A DNA stretch of 64,000 nt, taken from assembly GCF_006345805.1 (NCBI RefSeq), contig NC_042999.1, positions 128,588,001 to 128,652,000 on the forward strand, written 5' to 3'. The DNA is from Octopus sinensis (lineage: Eukaryota). Positions within the stretch are counted from its first letter, which is position 1. Every line of letters begins with the position of its first letter. Position numbers and translations under genes: made by a program. Below, in pieces: positions 35,742 through 46,216 of this stretch. The notes under the pieces were generated by a model. It ran no database searches, was not told the origin of the DNA, and saw nothing but the letters and a program-made list of their open reading frames with translations.

Positions 35742-35774
35742 GTGTGCATTATGTGGTATATATATATATATATA

Positions 35775-35806
<32 letters not shown>

Positions 35807-35879
35807 ACTTAGATAACTTAGATATGTTTCGACCAAAGATTGGTCCAGGCCATGTCTAACTTAATAGCACCACCTGATA

Positions 35880-36615
35880 GGATTATTCGAATCCTGTTTA
35901 AGTCAAGTTTTGTTTAAGTTAAGTTTTGTTCAAGTAGTGAGTTCTTGTTGGGTGAGTTGTATCCAACTATGGGTGGCTTATCTGGTATTCTTTGAAGGAA
36001 TCTATCCAGACTCCGTTTAAAGTTGATGGGATCCTTTTCCTCCTTGATCTCCCTCGGGACAATGTTAAATAGGGCAGGGCCTGTTGAGGAAAAGAAATTA
36101 TGTTGCAGTGTACATATATGTTGTGATCTTGAATTGGGCAGGGGACGTATGGCCCGTGGTCCCAGTCTTGGATGAACCTTGAAGCTAATGTTAAGGTCGT
36201 TTGGGCAAAGTTGGCGGTATATTTCTCCACATCGTACAAATGATGTACCGCTCACGGCGATGCTGGAGGGAGTAAAGTTTCAAGGCTTTAAGGCGATCCC
36301 AATAATCGAGAGCAGCCATGCCTTCAATTCGTTTAGTGAGTGCCCTCTGGGGTGACTCAATCCTGGAGATTTTTGTCTTGTATGGGGGTGACCACAGTGG
36401 GCACAGTATTCAAGGTGTGGCCGTACAAAGGAGGAGAAAAGTGGTATGATGACACCTTGTTCTCTGGACCGGAAAGTTCTTAAGATCCAGGAACTCATCC
36501 TACGAGCTATATCGACCTTCTTGTTGATGTGTGCACTCCAACTGAGATCGTCATCAACAATTACACCCAGGTCTCGCATAGACGACTCGTCGGATTCAAA
36601 TGGCCGAAGGTACAT
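35880..36615 (-). mobile_element. CR1-group LINE 3' fragment
   Basis: DLGVIVDDDLSWSAHI…WILRTF…RPHLEYC and GPALFNIVP…FKRSLDRFLQRIPDKP; frameshifted. Confidence 0.88.
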
Positions 36616-36650
36616 AACCTCTTTTCAACTTGAAGAAGGAATACATTGTG

Positions 36651-36681
<31 letters not shown>

Positions 36682-36711
36682 TGTGTGTGTGTATGTGTGT
36701 GTGTGTGTGTG

Positions 36712-36788
<77 letters not shown>

Positions 36789-36929
36789 TGCGTGCGTGTG
36801 TATGTGAAAGGTCTCCAAAGAATGTCTATACACATTGAATGATTATGAAATTTGTGTTTATTAACATATAGTTCATTTTGAAAGTTTCGTAGAATCTGCA
36901 GACAGAATTTAATTCTTTTAATGACGCCT

Positions 36930-37330
36930 TTTTCAACCTGATGGCCATTCTAGTCCAGGCACTGCTGATAATGTGATGCAGTGGTACTGCAAACATCATA
37001 AAGCATTTCATTCGGTATTTGTGCCCATTCTTGTTCAATGGCTGCTTTTAATTCGTCGATTGTTGCCAGTTTTGCACTGTAAATTTTATCTGCTGTCTAC
37101 CCTCCCTTAAAAAGTTTTGTAGAATGGATTTTGTGAATGCGGAGGGCCTTCTACTTAACCTCTTCATCCAGTTTACCTCTTTGACAAAGTCTCATGACGG
37201 TTGGGCGTCACATGACTATGGTAGTGTGGGGCGCACCATCTCGCTAAAGTCCTAATGAATGCCTTACATGACAGATTGTCCCAAGTTCGAGTAAATGGGA
37301 TCAGCCACAGGACTTGTCAAAAAAGAATAG
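36930..37330 (-). mobile_element. Tc1/mariner transposase C-terminal remnant
   Basis: Minus-strand frame ADKIYSAKLATIDELKAAIEQEWAQIPNEMLYDVC…QQCLD*NGHQVE, with a DGAPH-like motif upstream. Confidence 0.65.
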
Positions 37331-37966
37331 CGCAATTACACCTTTTGATGATAAACCGCACTATGCTGTAACTCCTTATAAATTAACGTAATGTTCTTCC
37401 GTAATATGCGAATTCTCAAAACCGCAGTAGATGCATCTGTGGCTGTTAATTGAGCCGTGAAATTTAAATAGAGCGTCATCACTCTAAACAATCTTTGTTA
37501 TAAAGTGTGCATCTTGTACACATCTTGTCAAGAACCATTCGCAAAATGTGGTAAAATTATTTTTGTAATTAATAAATTAACATAAATGTTTGTCACGTTA
37601 TGTATTCTTGTTACAGTTCCTAGTGTTTTACTATATGTAAGTCTTAAATATTCGTAAGCTATAGAAAATACATTTACTTTCGACTCAAGCGAGCTGAACG
37701 AATGGTTGAAAACCATAGCAGGCCATCACTAAATTTGATATAATTGTGATGTGGTCACTTAATATAAACGTAAATATAATCTTCTGAGTTAAAATATGAT
37801 TAGGAAGTGGTAATGAGGATATATTTAAATATTTGCTTTCGTTGCAGTGACTGCTTGCATTTAAAAGAGTTTGTATCTGCTGTCTCATCGACGTTACCCA
37901 AATATCTCTGGAAAATACGCTTGACTTCAAAGACACGGTTACACTTCTACAAGAACCGGTAGTAGT

Positions 37967-38036
<70 letters not shown>

Positions 38037-38825
38037 GAGTGACTAACTAACGAGTATTTTATGTTATCAATGAGCAAAGTAACCTACTATAGACGTTCCA
38101 GCTGTGACCGTCCTATTTATGTATATCAAAGAACACTACCGAATGTGTTCTTTCTTTCTAAACTTTTTAAGACAGAAGAGATATGATTTGAGGGCATCTA
38201 ACTGATTACAGTTTCTAGTAGGGTGTGAGGACATTTAGCTAGCTACAAATTTATTTAAAAGCTCTAGAGGAATGTCATGAAAGACAAAATGAACAACCGC
38301 TAAAGTCAGTTATGGTGAACCTATGACCTAAGTATCAAAGGTATAGCTTTATTATGCTGCAGAAGATTATTCGATGACTCGCAATGGGCATTGAAAAGAA
38401 TTATCGTACAATATCATGCTATAAAAAGCTTCTTTATAAGTATTTTGCTAAAACTAAAACATATGTAAGTAGCACTTCAATAACAGGATTATAATAGAAA
38501 TTAAATTATCGTTGTAGCGTGGTGGTGTCAGTCGATCTTCTGAACGAACCAAGGAAACTACGTTTCTATTGGTTTCTCAGATTGCTGATATTATCTGTCA
38601 ATTGCAGCTCCTGACAAAAGTGTTACGTTTTTTGATGGCTGGGAGGGATTTTAAGTCAGAATACACAGAGTCGGAACACATTGTACAAGACATACCGTCC
38701 AACGCTCGAACTATTCCATTAATCTCAGGATTAGTACATTTTTTTTACTATTGCGTGGTTGCGAATACAAATAATCCGAGTCGCCATATCTGGAAAACCT
38801 GACAGTAATAGCTAAATATGAATAA

Positions 38826-39245
38826 GGCGGCGAGCTGGCAGAATCGTTAGCACGCCGGGCAAAATGCTTAGCAGTATTTCGTCTGTCTTTTCGTTCTGAG
38901 TTTAAATTCCACCGAGGTCGACTTTGCCTTTCATCCTTTAGGGGTCGATTAAAAAAGTACCAGTTACGCACTGGGGTCGATATAATCGACTTAATCCGTT
39001 TGTCTGACCTTGTTTGTCCCCTCTGTTTGTAGCTCCTTGTGGGCAGTAAAGAAATAAGAATCATTAGACGGGCAAAATGCTTAGCTGCATTCCGACCGTC
39101 TTTACGTTCTGAGTTCAAATTCGACCGAGGTTGAATTTGCTTTTCACCCTTTCGGGGTCGATAAAGTAAGTACCAGCTAAGCACTAGGGTCGATGTAATT
39201 GATTTACCTCTCCTCAGAAATTGCTGGCTTTGTGCCAAAATTTGA
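38826..39245 (+). mobile_element. SINE family A, dimeric/nested copy
   Basis: aggcggcgagctggcagaatcgttagcacgccgggc head with the internal block present twice. Confidence 0.88.
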
Positions 39246-39321
39246 AACCAATAACTAAGTATGATTTTATGATAAATCGCACTATATCGCAATGTCGACG
39301 TAAAAGTCAGATCAAATAGAT

Positions 39322-41090
39322 CAGTAGTTCTTAACCTGGGTTCGATCGAACCCCAGGGTTTCATTAGTCAGTCTCAGAGGTTCAGCAGGGGTTAAGACAC
39401 ACAGTATAGACCAGCTCACACAAGCAATGTCGGGCCGTTTTTGTCGGCCGTCAAAAAATCGGCAATTTGGCAATATACAATTTTTCTTCGCCGAGTTAGA
39501 TTCTTTTCTACTCTAGAAACAAGGCCCAAAATTTAGGAGGAGGGGGCCGGTCGATAAGATCGACCCCAGTACGCAACTGGTACTTAATTTATCGACCCCG
39601 GAAGGATAAAAGGCAAAGTCGACCTCGGTGGAATTTAAACTCAGAACGTAAAGACAGGCGAAATACCTATTTCTTTACTATCCACAAGGGGCTAAACACA
39701 GAGAGGACAAACGGCTTAAGTCGATTATATCGACCCCAGTGCGCAACTGGTACTTATTTAATCGACCTCGAATGGATGAAAAGCAAAGTCGAGTTCGGCG
39801 GAATTTGAAAGCATTTCGCCTGCCGTGCTAACGTTTCTGCCAGCTCGCCGCCTTCTTCGCCGTGTTAGATTTCAAATATTTAGTTGCTTAGTAAAAATTT
39901 GATACACAAAATAAATTTCCGTGATAAACTAGTTTATTAAAAGATGAATTACGATAACAATATAAAATTTGATTTCAAAATATTTATTTATAAATAAATA
40001 AAAAAAATTTAAAGCGTTTTGGACAAAGCAAATATCGGCCCTGCTTATGTGGGCTTGTACGTCCCGTTCAGCCCACTCGTATTATTCGTGACGTCAGGCT
40101 CCGCTTGGCCATCATTGGCTGCAGCTGATCACGCCATATCGCTTGGCTTTAGTATCTGTGCTGCAGGGAACTTGGTGCGCTCAGTAGTCCACTTGTGGCT
40201 GTTGTGATTGTACGTCATTTGTGATTTTCTTGTAATCTTTCAAACCCTTAATACTATGTCGATCAAAAAAAGAAAAGAGGTTCGATGAATACGTACAATA
40301 TGGAATCACATGTACAAAGTAACGTGATGGGAGTTAGCGTCCTCAGTGCATGATTTACAATGCCAAGTTGAGTAATTCTAGTCTAGCACCGGTAAAACTA
40401 AAGGATCACTTCCTAAAACTGCATGGAGATGAGAAATATAAGAACACAACGCTTGCTGAATTCAAGGTAAAGAGAGCCAAATTCGATGAAAAGGCTATTC
40501 TGCTTGTTCTTGACTTTGTACCCATCAACAAACTGATCCCCACAGCATCGTACGAAGTTGCGTACCTGATCGCAAAGCAAGGCAAACTACATACTATTGG
40601 TGAAACACTTGTAAAACCAGCTGCGTTGAAGATGGCAAATATCATGCTGGGAAAAGCAGCTGAAGATAAGTTATCCCAAATTTCTCTTTCAAATGACACT
40701 ATCAGCAGCAGAATATACGACTTGAGCAATGACATCTTGGCTCAAGTAGTTACAGTTCTGACTTCAAGCCCAGCAAAATTCAGCCTCCAACTCGATGAGA
40801 CCGCCGACATTTTCAATCTAAGCTCGCTTGTATTCGGGTGCTATGTAAAGGGCGATGTGATAAAGGAAGATTTTTTTGGTTTTTTTTTTTTTTTGTAAGC
40901 GTCTAACAACAACCAAGGCAGCTGACGTGAAGAAACTCGTGGATGACTTCTTCAGAGGCAACGGGCTTTCGTGGAATATGGTTTTTGCAGTTTGTTCGGA
41001 CGGAGCTCCAGTCATGGCTGGGGCGAAACTCTGATTTTGGAGCACTGGTGAAATCCGAGGCACCACACATCATTTTCAATACGAGAGTTG
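39322..41090 (+). mobile_element. hAT (Buster/Charlie-type) transposon, 5' part, decayed; SINE A nested at ~39505-39853
   Basis: TIR-like cagtagttcttaacc at 39322. Translation ASYEVAYLIAK…HTIGETLVKP…SLSNDTISSRI…FSLQLDE, continuing TTTKAADV…VCSDGAPVMAG after a poly-T frameshift. Confidence 0.88.
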
Positions 41091-41966
41091 TCACTGAATT
41101 TTCTCAATTTATTATTCCAGTCATTTTCCTGCCTTCTTGCCACTTCTCCCAATCAATATGAGAGAGAGTTCTTCGCTTTGAAGACACATTAACGTAGAAA
41201 TATTTCAATAGAAGAGTATTTCGCTCAAGAAGTAACAAAATATTGAGGGAATCCAAAGAAATTGTTCCCCAGCAGTTAAATACCGCACTCAAATAGAAAG
41301 ACAGTATGTTATAGGGTGCTCTGAATTTGCGCAGTACGATGGAGGACTAAAGTGGTATAGTAACACTTCCAGGGTTACCCTAACTCCAAATATGTACCAT
41401 TTGTGACGCTAGATTCCCAGGAGGCTGAGTATAAAAGCCAAGATTCCATGTGGATACACGCATAAATTCTCATTTATTAGCATAAACACACACACCCATA
41501 TATAGACATATATGGATATGTATGTATGAATGTATGTATACACACACACTCACATACATGTGTGTGTATGTATGTAATGTATGTATACATACATACAGTG
41601 ACCTTTATAAGTAAACACACACACACACACACATGTACATAAGGGAGTTTGGCTCAAAAATGATTGTGACTATGACTACAACTTGTTAATGAGCTGCAAA
41701 AAGAAACTGGCTTTTGTTTTTATCCCGGCTGGTGACAACGTTTATTACGAGAATAACAGTTCTTTCATTGGAGAGGATCTATCAATTAGTTTGCTTTCGT
41801 TTGCGTAACATGGAGTGGTTACGTAACATGGGGTGGTTCAACATTTGATAAGACTGTTGATGTTAGCGGCGTTTTCTTAGATCTCATTTCAATTTTTGGG
41901 TTGTTAATGTGATTCTTTTCAAAATGCTTGGAAGTGTTAGATATATAATTTTTTCTCCACCAATTG

Positions 41967-41998
<32 letters not shown>

Positions 41999-42008
41999 CA
42001 TTTACATA

Positions 42009-42644
42009 CAATGATTCAAATAAACAGATAAAAACCTTGGGTTTTAGTGTACAAAATATATATACATGTACATATACTATGTACATTAAAACCTAAGGTG
42101 TTTACCATAAATCCTCGAGTATAGTCCGCCCTTGAGTATAATAACGCAGGGGATTTTTAGGGGCTGTACCTCTGAAAAACCTAAACCTTGTGTATAATAC
42201 GCACCCCTTCTCTAACTTGAGTCGAGGTCTATATAACGTCCTTAGTTTGTAAAAATGTATACGGTAACGTCCTTTATTATCATTGTGTATATAACACAAT
42301 TCAAACGTGTAGCTTTTTTGTGCATTTTGTTTGCAGAAAATAAAGAAATAACAGTAATAACAGTAATAACGTTTAATAAATGTTGCTTACTGCATATTAT
42401 GGATGATTCTTTTATGTCTTCCTTGCTTTCAGGCTTAGCTTAAAGTATTTTCGCGCCCGACATCACAAAATGCGTCTGAATAAACATTGCCGGACAGCAA
42501 ATAGAGACTCGGACAATGCTTAGAAAATAATTTTCACTTTTAACCTCTTATATAGTATGCACTAGGGATTTTGACCTTTAAATTTGGGGAAAAAAATTCG
42601 GATTATACTCGAGGATTTACGGTATCTGTTTATTTGAATCATTG
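42009..42644. mobile_element. TA-flanked MITE (pogo/Tc1-mariner-like TIR)
   Basis: ccataaatcctcgagtatagtccg (42105-42128) versus cggattatactcgaggatttacgg (42599-42622), plus outer arms at 42009-42028 and 42625-42644. Confidence 0.8.
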
Positions 42645-42770
42645 TCTCCATATCTGATCACTTGGTTTCTGCTTTTAGCCACTTTTTACTCTGCTAAATT
42701 GGTCCTCGGTAAAGATATCGGAGTGTAAGTTCAAATCATTTGAGCGCTACAAAGTGTAATCTGTTGATTC

Positions 42771-42833
<63 letters not shown>

Positions 42834-42870
42834 CACACACACAACACACACACACACACCACATATATAT

Positions 42871-42915
<45 letters not shown>

Positions 42916-42961
42916 AATTGAAGAAATGGAGCTGAACGCAGATTGAACAGAAATCGTTTTA

Positions 42962-43050
42962 TTTCATTCTACACGTGTTTCGAAAGGCACAAATTACCAA
43001 AATCCGATTGAATAATGGGACCATATTGTGTCTTTCTCTTCAGGAAGAAA
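42962..43050 (-). ncRNA. Type-I hammerhead ribozyme motif (left arm, mirror copy)
   Basis: Exact reverse complement of 43163-43251. Confidence 0.78.
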
Positions 43051-43162
43051 AAAGGAAATCCGTTAGAGAAACAAAAACAGAACAGAGGCGGAGCAAAAAC
43101 CAAATCGATTTGGTTTTTGCTCCGCCTCTGTTCTGTTTTTGTTTCTCTAACGGATTTCCTTT

Positions 43163-43251
43163 TTTCTTCCTGAAGAGAAAGACACAATATGGTCCCATTA
43201 TTCAATCGGATTTTGGTAATTTGTGCCTTTCGAAACACGTGTAGAATGAAA
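43163..43251 (+). ncRNA. Type-I hammerhead ribozyme motif (right arm of palindrome)
   Basis: …CTTC CTGAAGA GAAAGACACAA-[33 nt]-TTGTGCCTTTC GAAA C ACGT GTA GAATGAAA. G10.1-C11.1, 11-bp stem II with one mismatch, palindromic ACACGTGT stem III, GUA triplet. Confidence 0.78.
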
Positions 43252-43499
43252 TAAAACGATTTCTGTTCAATCTGCGTTCAGCTCCATTTCTTCAATTCAC
43301 CAATAATGTTTTAATTTCAATTATCCGCACCAACGCACGGTTGCAACGCCAGATGGTTGTACCTCCAACCGTGCTGTTTACTGCTGTGATTTTTGCTACT
43401 AAGGTATCGGTTAACTTTTGATTAATCTACAACAAGATTATTCATCTTTCTATTTCACATAATTATATATATATGTATATATATATATATATATATAAT

Positions 43500-43790
43500 G
43501 GACTCTCCCGTCGTTAGACGATGTATGAAGGCTCGACAATTTCTTATCGAACAACCACACAGATGATTTGTTTATAGTGATCAAATGTTTGTGTACACAT
43601 AAGCTCAGTTCCTCCATCAAATCGACATTACCTGTACAGGTGCAACGGGTGCCACATGTCAGATGATGACATGAGCGCAGAGCAACGTGAAATGAAGTGC
43701 TTTGCTCAAGAACACAACGCATCGCTCGATCTGGGAATCGAACTCACGATCTGAAAATCGTGAGTGCAACACCTTAACCACAGAGCCATA
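43500..43790 (-). mobile_element. tRNA-derived SINE family C copy
   Basis: Reverse complement has tggctctgtggttaagg…gagttcgattccc…cttgagcaaagcacttcatttcacgttgctc. Confidence 0.8.
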
Positions 43791-44029
43791 TATATATATA
43801 TATTGTTTGTTCCTTCTCGAGCCTTGCCTGGCTCATAAGGGCCGGTTTCCCGGTTTCCTTGGCGTATAGGTTCCCCACCTGGACGGGACGCCGATCCATC
43901 GCATATGAGCTGCAAGATGCAGGAGGAAAGAGCGAGCGAAAGTTGTAGCGAAAGAGTCAGCAGAAGTTCGCCATTACCTTCTGCCAGAGCCGCGTGGAGC
44001 TTAGGTGTGTCGGCCATAAACACACACAT

Positions 44030-44461
44030 CGCCCGGGATCCGAAACAATGGTGCATACCCTTTTAGCTAAGTAGAAAGGGATATTTATCTTGGTGTGTTT
44101 TGGGTGGCATGAACTGAAGAGGAGGTATTGTTGTGAGTCTGTAGGTTTGTGGTAGATGTCTGTTGTGATTTGGTTGTTGGGTGTTTTTATAATTAGAAGA
44201 TCAAGGAAAGGGAGATGATGTTTGCTGAATTCCATAGTGAATTGAATGTTGGGATGTATGTTGTTCAGTTTTGAATTCCAGAAGCTTTTCATAAGATTCT
44301 TTCCATATGATGAAACAATCATCTAAGTATCTTTTCCAGTTTTCCATTAAGTAGATGTGGAAAAGGTGTCCAAATTTCTGGTGTGATATCTCAACAACCA
44401 AATCACAACAGACATCTACCTCAAACCTACAGACTCACAACAATACCTCCTCTTCAGTTCA
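44030..44461 (-). mobile_element. Penelope-like element RT C-terminal fragment with a local inversion
   Basis: WKRYLDDCFIIW, LNNIHPNIQFT, LPFLDL, TDIYHKPTD and SSCHP motifs. ~44393-44461 is an inverted copy of ~44110-44179. Confidence 0.88.
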
Positions 44462-44598
44462 TATAAATTGCTTATAATTTTTATTCCATGATGACTACCT
44501 GAATCAGGTAAAGTTCTATATTTAAGAGATGAGGAATTATGTACATTACTTACATTATTTACATTTGGCGGATATTTGTCCTCATCTTGTTTGTTGTT

Positions 44599-44644
44599 AA
44601 CACAACGTTTCGGCTGATATATCCTCCAGCCTTCATCAGGTGTT
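44599..44644 (-). ncRNA. Minimal type-I hammerhead ribozyme motif
   Basis: Minus strand AACAC CTGATGA A GGCTG GAGGATATAT CAGCC GAAA C GT T GTGTT. 5-bp stems I and II, extra A after A9, loopless AACGTT stem III. Confidence 0.8.
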
Positions 44645-44766
44645 TTAGGGAAATTTCGAACCTGGTTCTCATTCCTAAGGTACTTTCGAAGTTGTTGTTG
44701 TTGTTGTTGTTGTTGTTATTATTATTATTATTGTTGTTGTTGTTGTTGTTGTTATTGTTGCTGTTG

Positions 44767-44804
<38 letters not shown>

Positions 44805-44807
<3 letters not shown>

Positions 44808-45000
44808 TAGTTTTATTTTTATAGCGTGTTTTCACTTCACTGCCGAGCGCAGCTCTGTGTGCCTTAGATATGTGCTGTGGTTTGCTGTGATGCTGTTATG
44901 GTTACTGTATTGAAAGCGTTTTATGTAAGATGTGTGAAGTGCCCAGTAGTGCAATTTTCTGTATGTTGTATATATTTGTAAGTCCTGGTGTTTTTGTTAT
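44805..45000 (-). mobile_element. Dong/R4-type LINE 3' terminus
   Basis: Reverse complement matches 62660-62780 and encodes …QKIALLGTSHILHKTLS. Confidence 0.75.
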
Positions 45001-45033
45001 GTATTTATCTGAATATTTTTTATCATACCTATA

Positions 45034-45455
45034 GGCGCAGGAGTGGCTGTGTGGTAAGTAGCTTGCTTACCAACCACATGGTTCCGGGTTCAGTCCCGCT
45101 GCGTGGCATCTTGGGCAAGTGTCTTCTGCTATAGCCTCGGGCGGACCAATGCCTTGTGAGTGGATTTGGGAGACGGAAACTGAAAGAAGCCCGTCGTGTA
45201 TATGTATATATATATATGTATATATATATATGTGTATGTTTGTGTGTCTGTATATATGTGTATGTTTGTGTCCCCCTAGCATTGCTTGACAACCGATGCT
45301 GGTGTGTTTACGTCCCCGTCACTTAATGGTTCGGCAAAAGAGACCGATAGAATAAGTACTGGGCTTACAAAGAATAAGTCCTGGGGTCGATTTGCTCGAC
45401 TAAAGGCGGTGCTCCAGTATGCCAGCAGTCAAATGACTGAAACAAGTAAAAGAGT
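45034..45455 (+). mobile_element. tRNA-derived SINE family B, full copy
   Basis: ggcgcaggagtggctgtgtggtaag (A box), gggttcagtccc (B box), ggcaagtgtcttct, internal (TA)n, and 3' gagaccgatagaataag…gactgaaacaag. Confidence 0.88.
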
Positions 45456-45533
45456 AATGCGCCTACTATGATAGGAATTATTTCTGTTTTTAGATTCCAC
45501 ATTCGTGCTACCTCTATTTCCAGATCTAATTAA

Positions 45534-45589
<56 letters not shown>

Positions 45590-45695
45590 TATTCAGGTCA
45601 CTGCCTGGAATCGAACTCGGAATCTTGGGGTTAGTAGCCTGCGCTCTTAACTACTACGTCATATGCCCGTGGGTTCAGGTTCGAAATTTCTCCAA

Positions 45696-45741
45696 GACAC
45701 CTGATCAAGTCTGGAGAGTATATCAGCCGAAGCATTGTGTC
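45696..45741 (+). ncRNA. Degenerate hammerhead motif (same family as 44599-44644)
   Basis: GACAC CTGATCA A GTCTG…CAGCC GAAG C ATT GTGTC: three core substitutions, stem I intact. Confidence 0.55.
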
Positions 45742-45828
45742 AACAACAAACAAAATGAAGACAGGTATCCATCAAATGTAAATAATGTACCTGATATTAA
45801 TAATCATTAGCGTAGTTTTATGTCTCTC

Positions 45829-45862
<34 letters not shown>

Positions 45863-45985
45863 ATATATATAATATATTATTATATATAACGGGAAAGTTT
45901 ACGAAAATAAACAGAAGACGAAGGCAGGTGGAGTACAAACAAACAAATGTATTAGTATAGCGCTCAGGAATAGAAATAGAAAAAG

Positions 45986-46023
45986 TCTTTTACGTTTCGA
46001 GCCTACGCTCTTCGTCAGAAAGA
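45986..46023 (-). ncRNA. Minimal type-I hammerhead ribozyme motif in a (TA)n-flanked ~250-bp element (45885-46135)
   Basis: Minus strand TCTTT CTGACGA A GAGC GTAG GCTC GAAA C GT A AAAGA. Intact core, GUA triplet, 5-bp stem I. Confidence 0.82.
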
Positions 46024-46134
46024 AACACGGAGAGAAACAAGAAGAGAAACAAGGAGAGAAAAAAATGCGTGTTGGAGCTAACGATCTATCATGGCGTCCT
46101 GACTTCGGACAGTGGTCAGACGCGAAAAGGACAG

Positions 46135-46174
<40 letters not shown>

Positions 46175-46177
46175 GTG

Positions 46178-46216
<39 letters not shown>

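Larger units (their letters stand above)
42913..43300. repeat. Perfect 388-bp palindrome with no spacer
   Basis: Symmetry axis at 43106/43107 (…aaatc|gattt…). The ORF track gives identical 89-aa ORFs on the two strands. Confidence 0.97.

Noticed and set aside
42969-43244. Identical 89-aa ORFs on both strands
   Set aside because: A by-product of the DNA palindrome; no protein motif.
45590-45675. tRNA-like sequence on the minus strand (and other A/B-box heads)
   Set aside because: SINE heads; no complete cloverleaf with a proper acceptor stem, so not called as tRNA genes.
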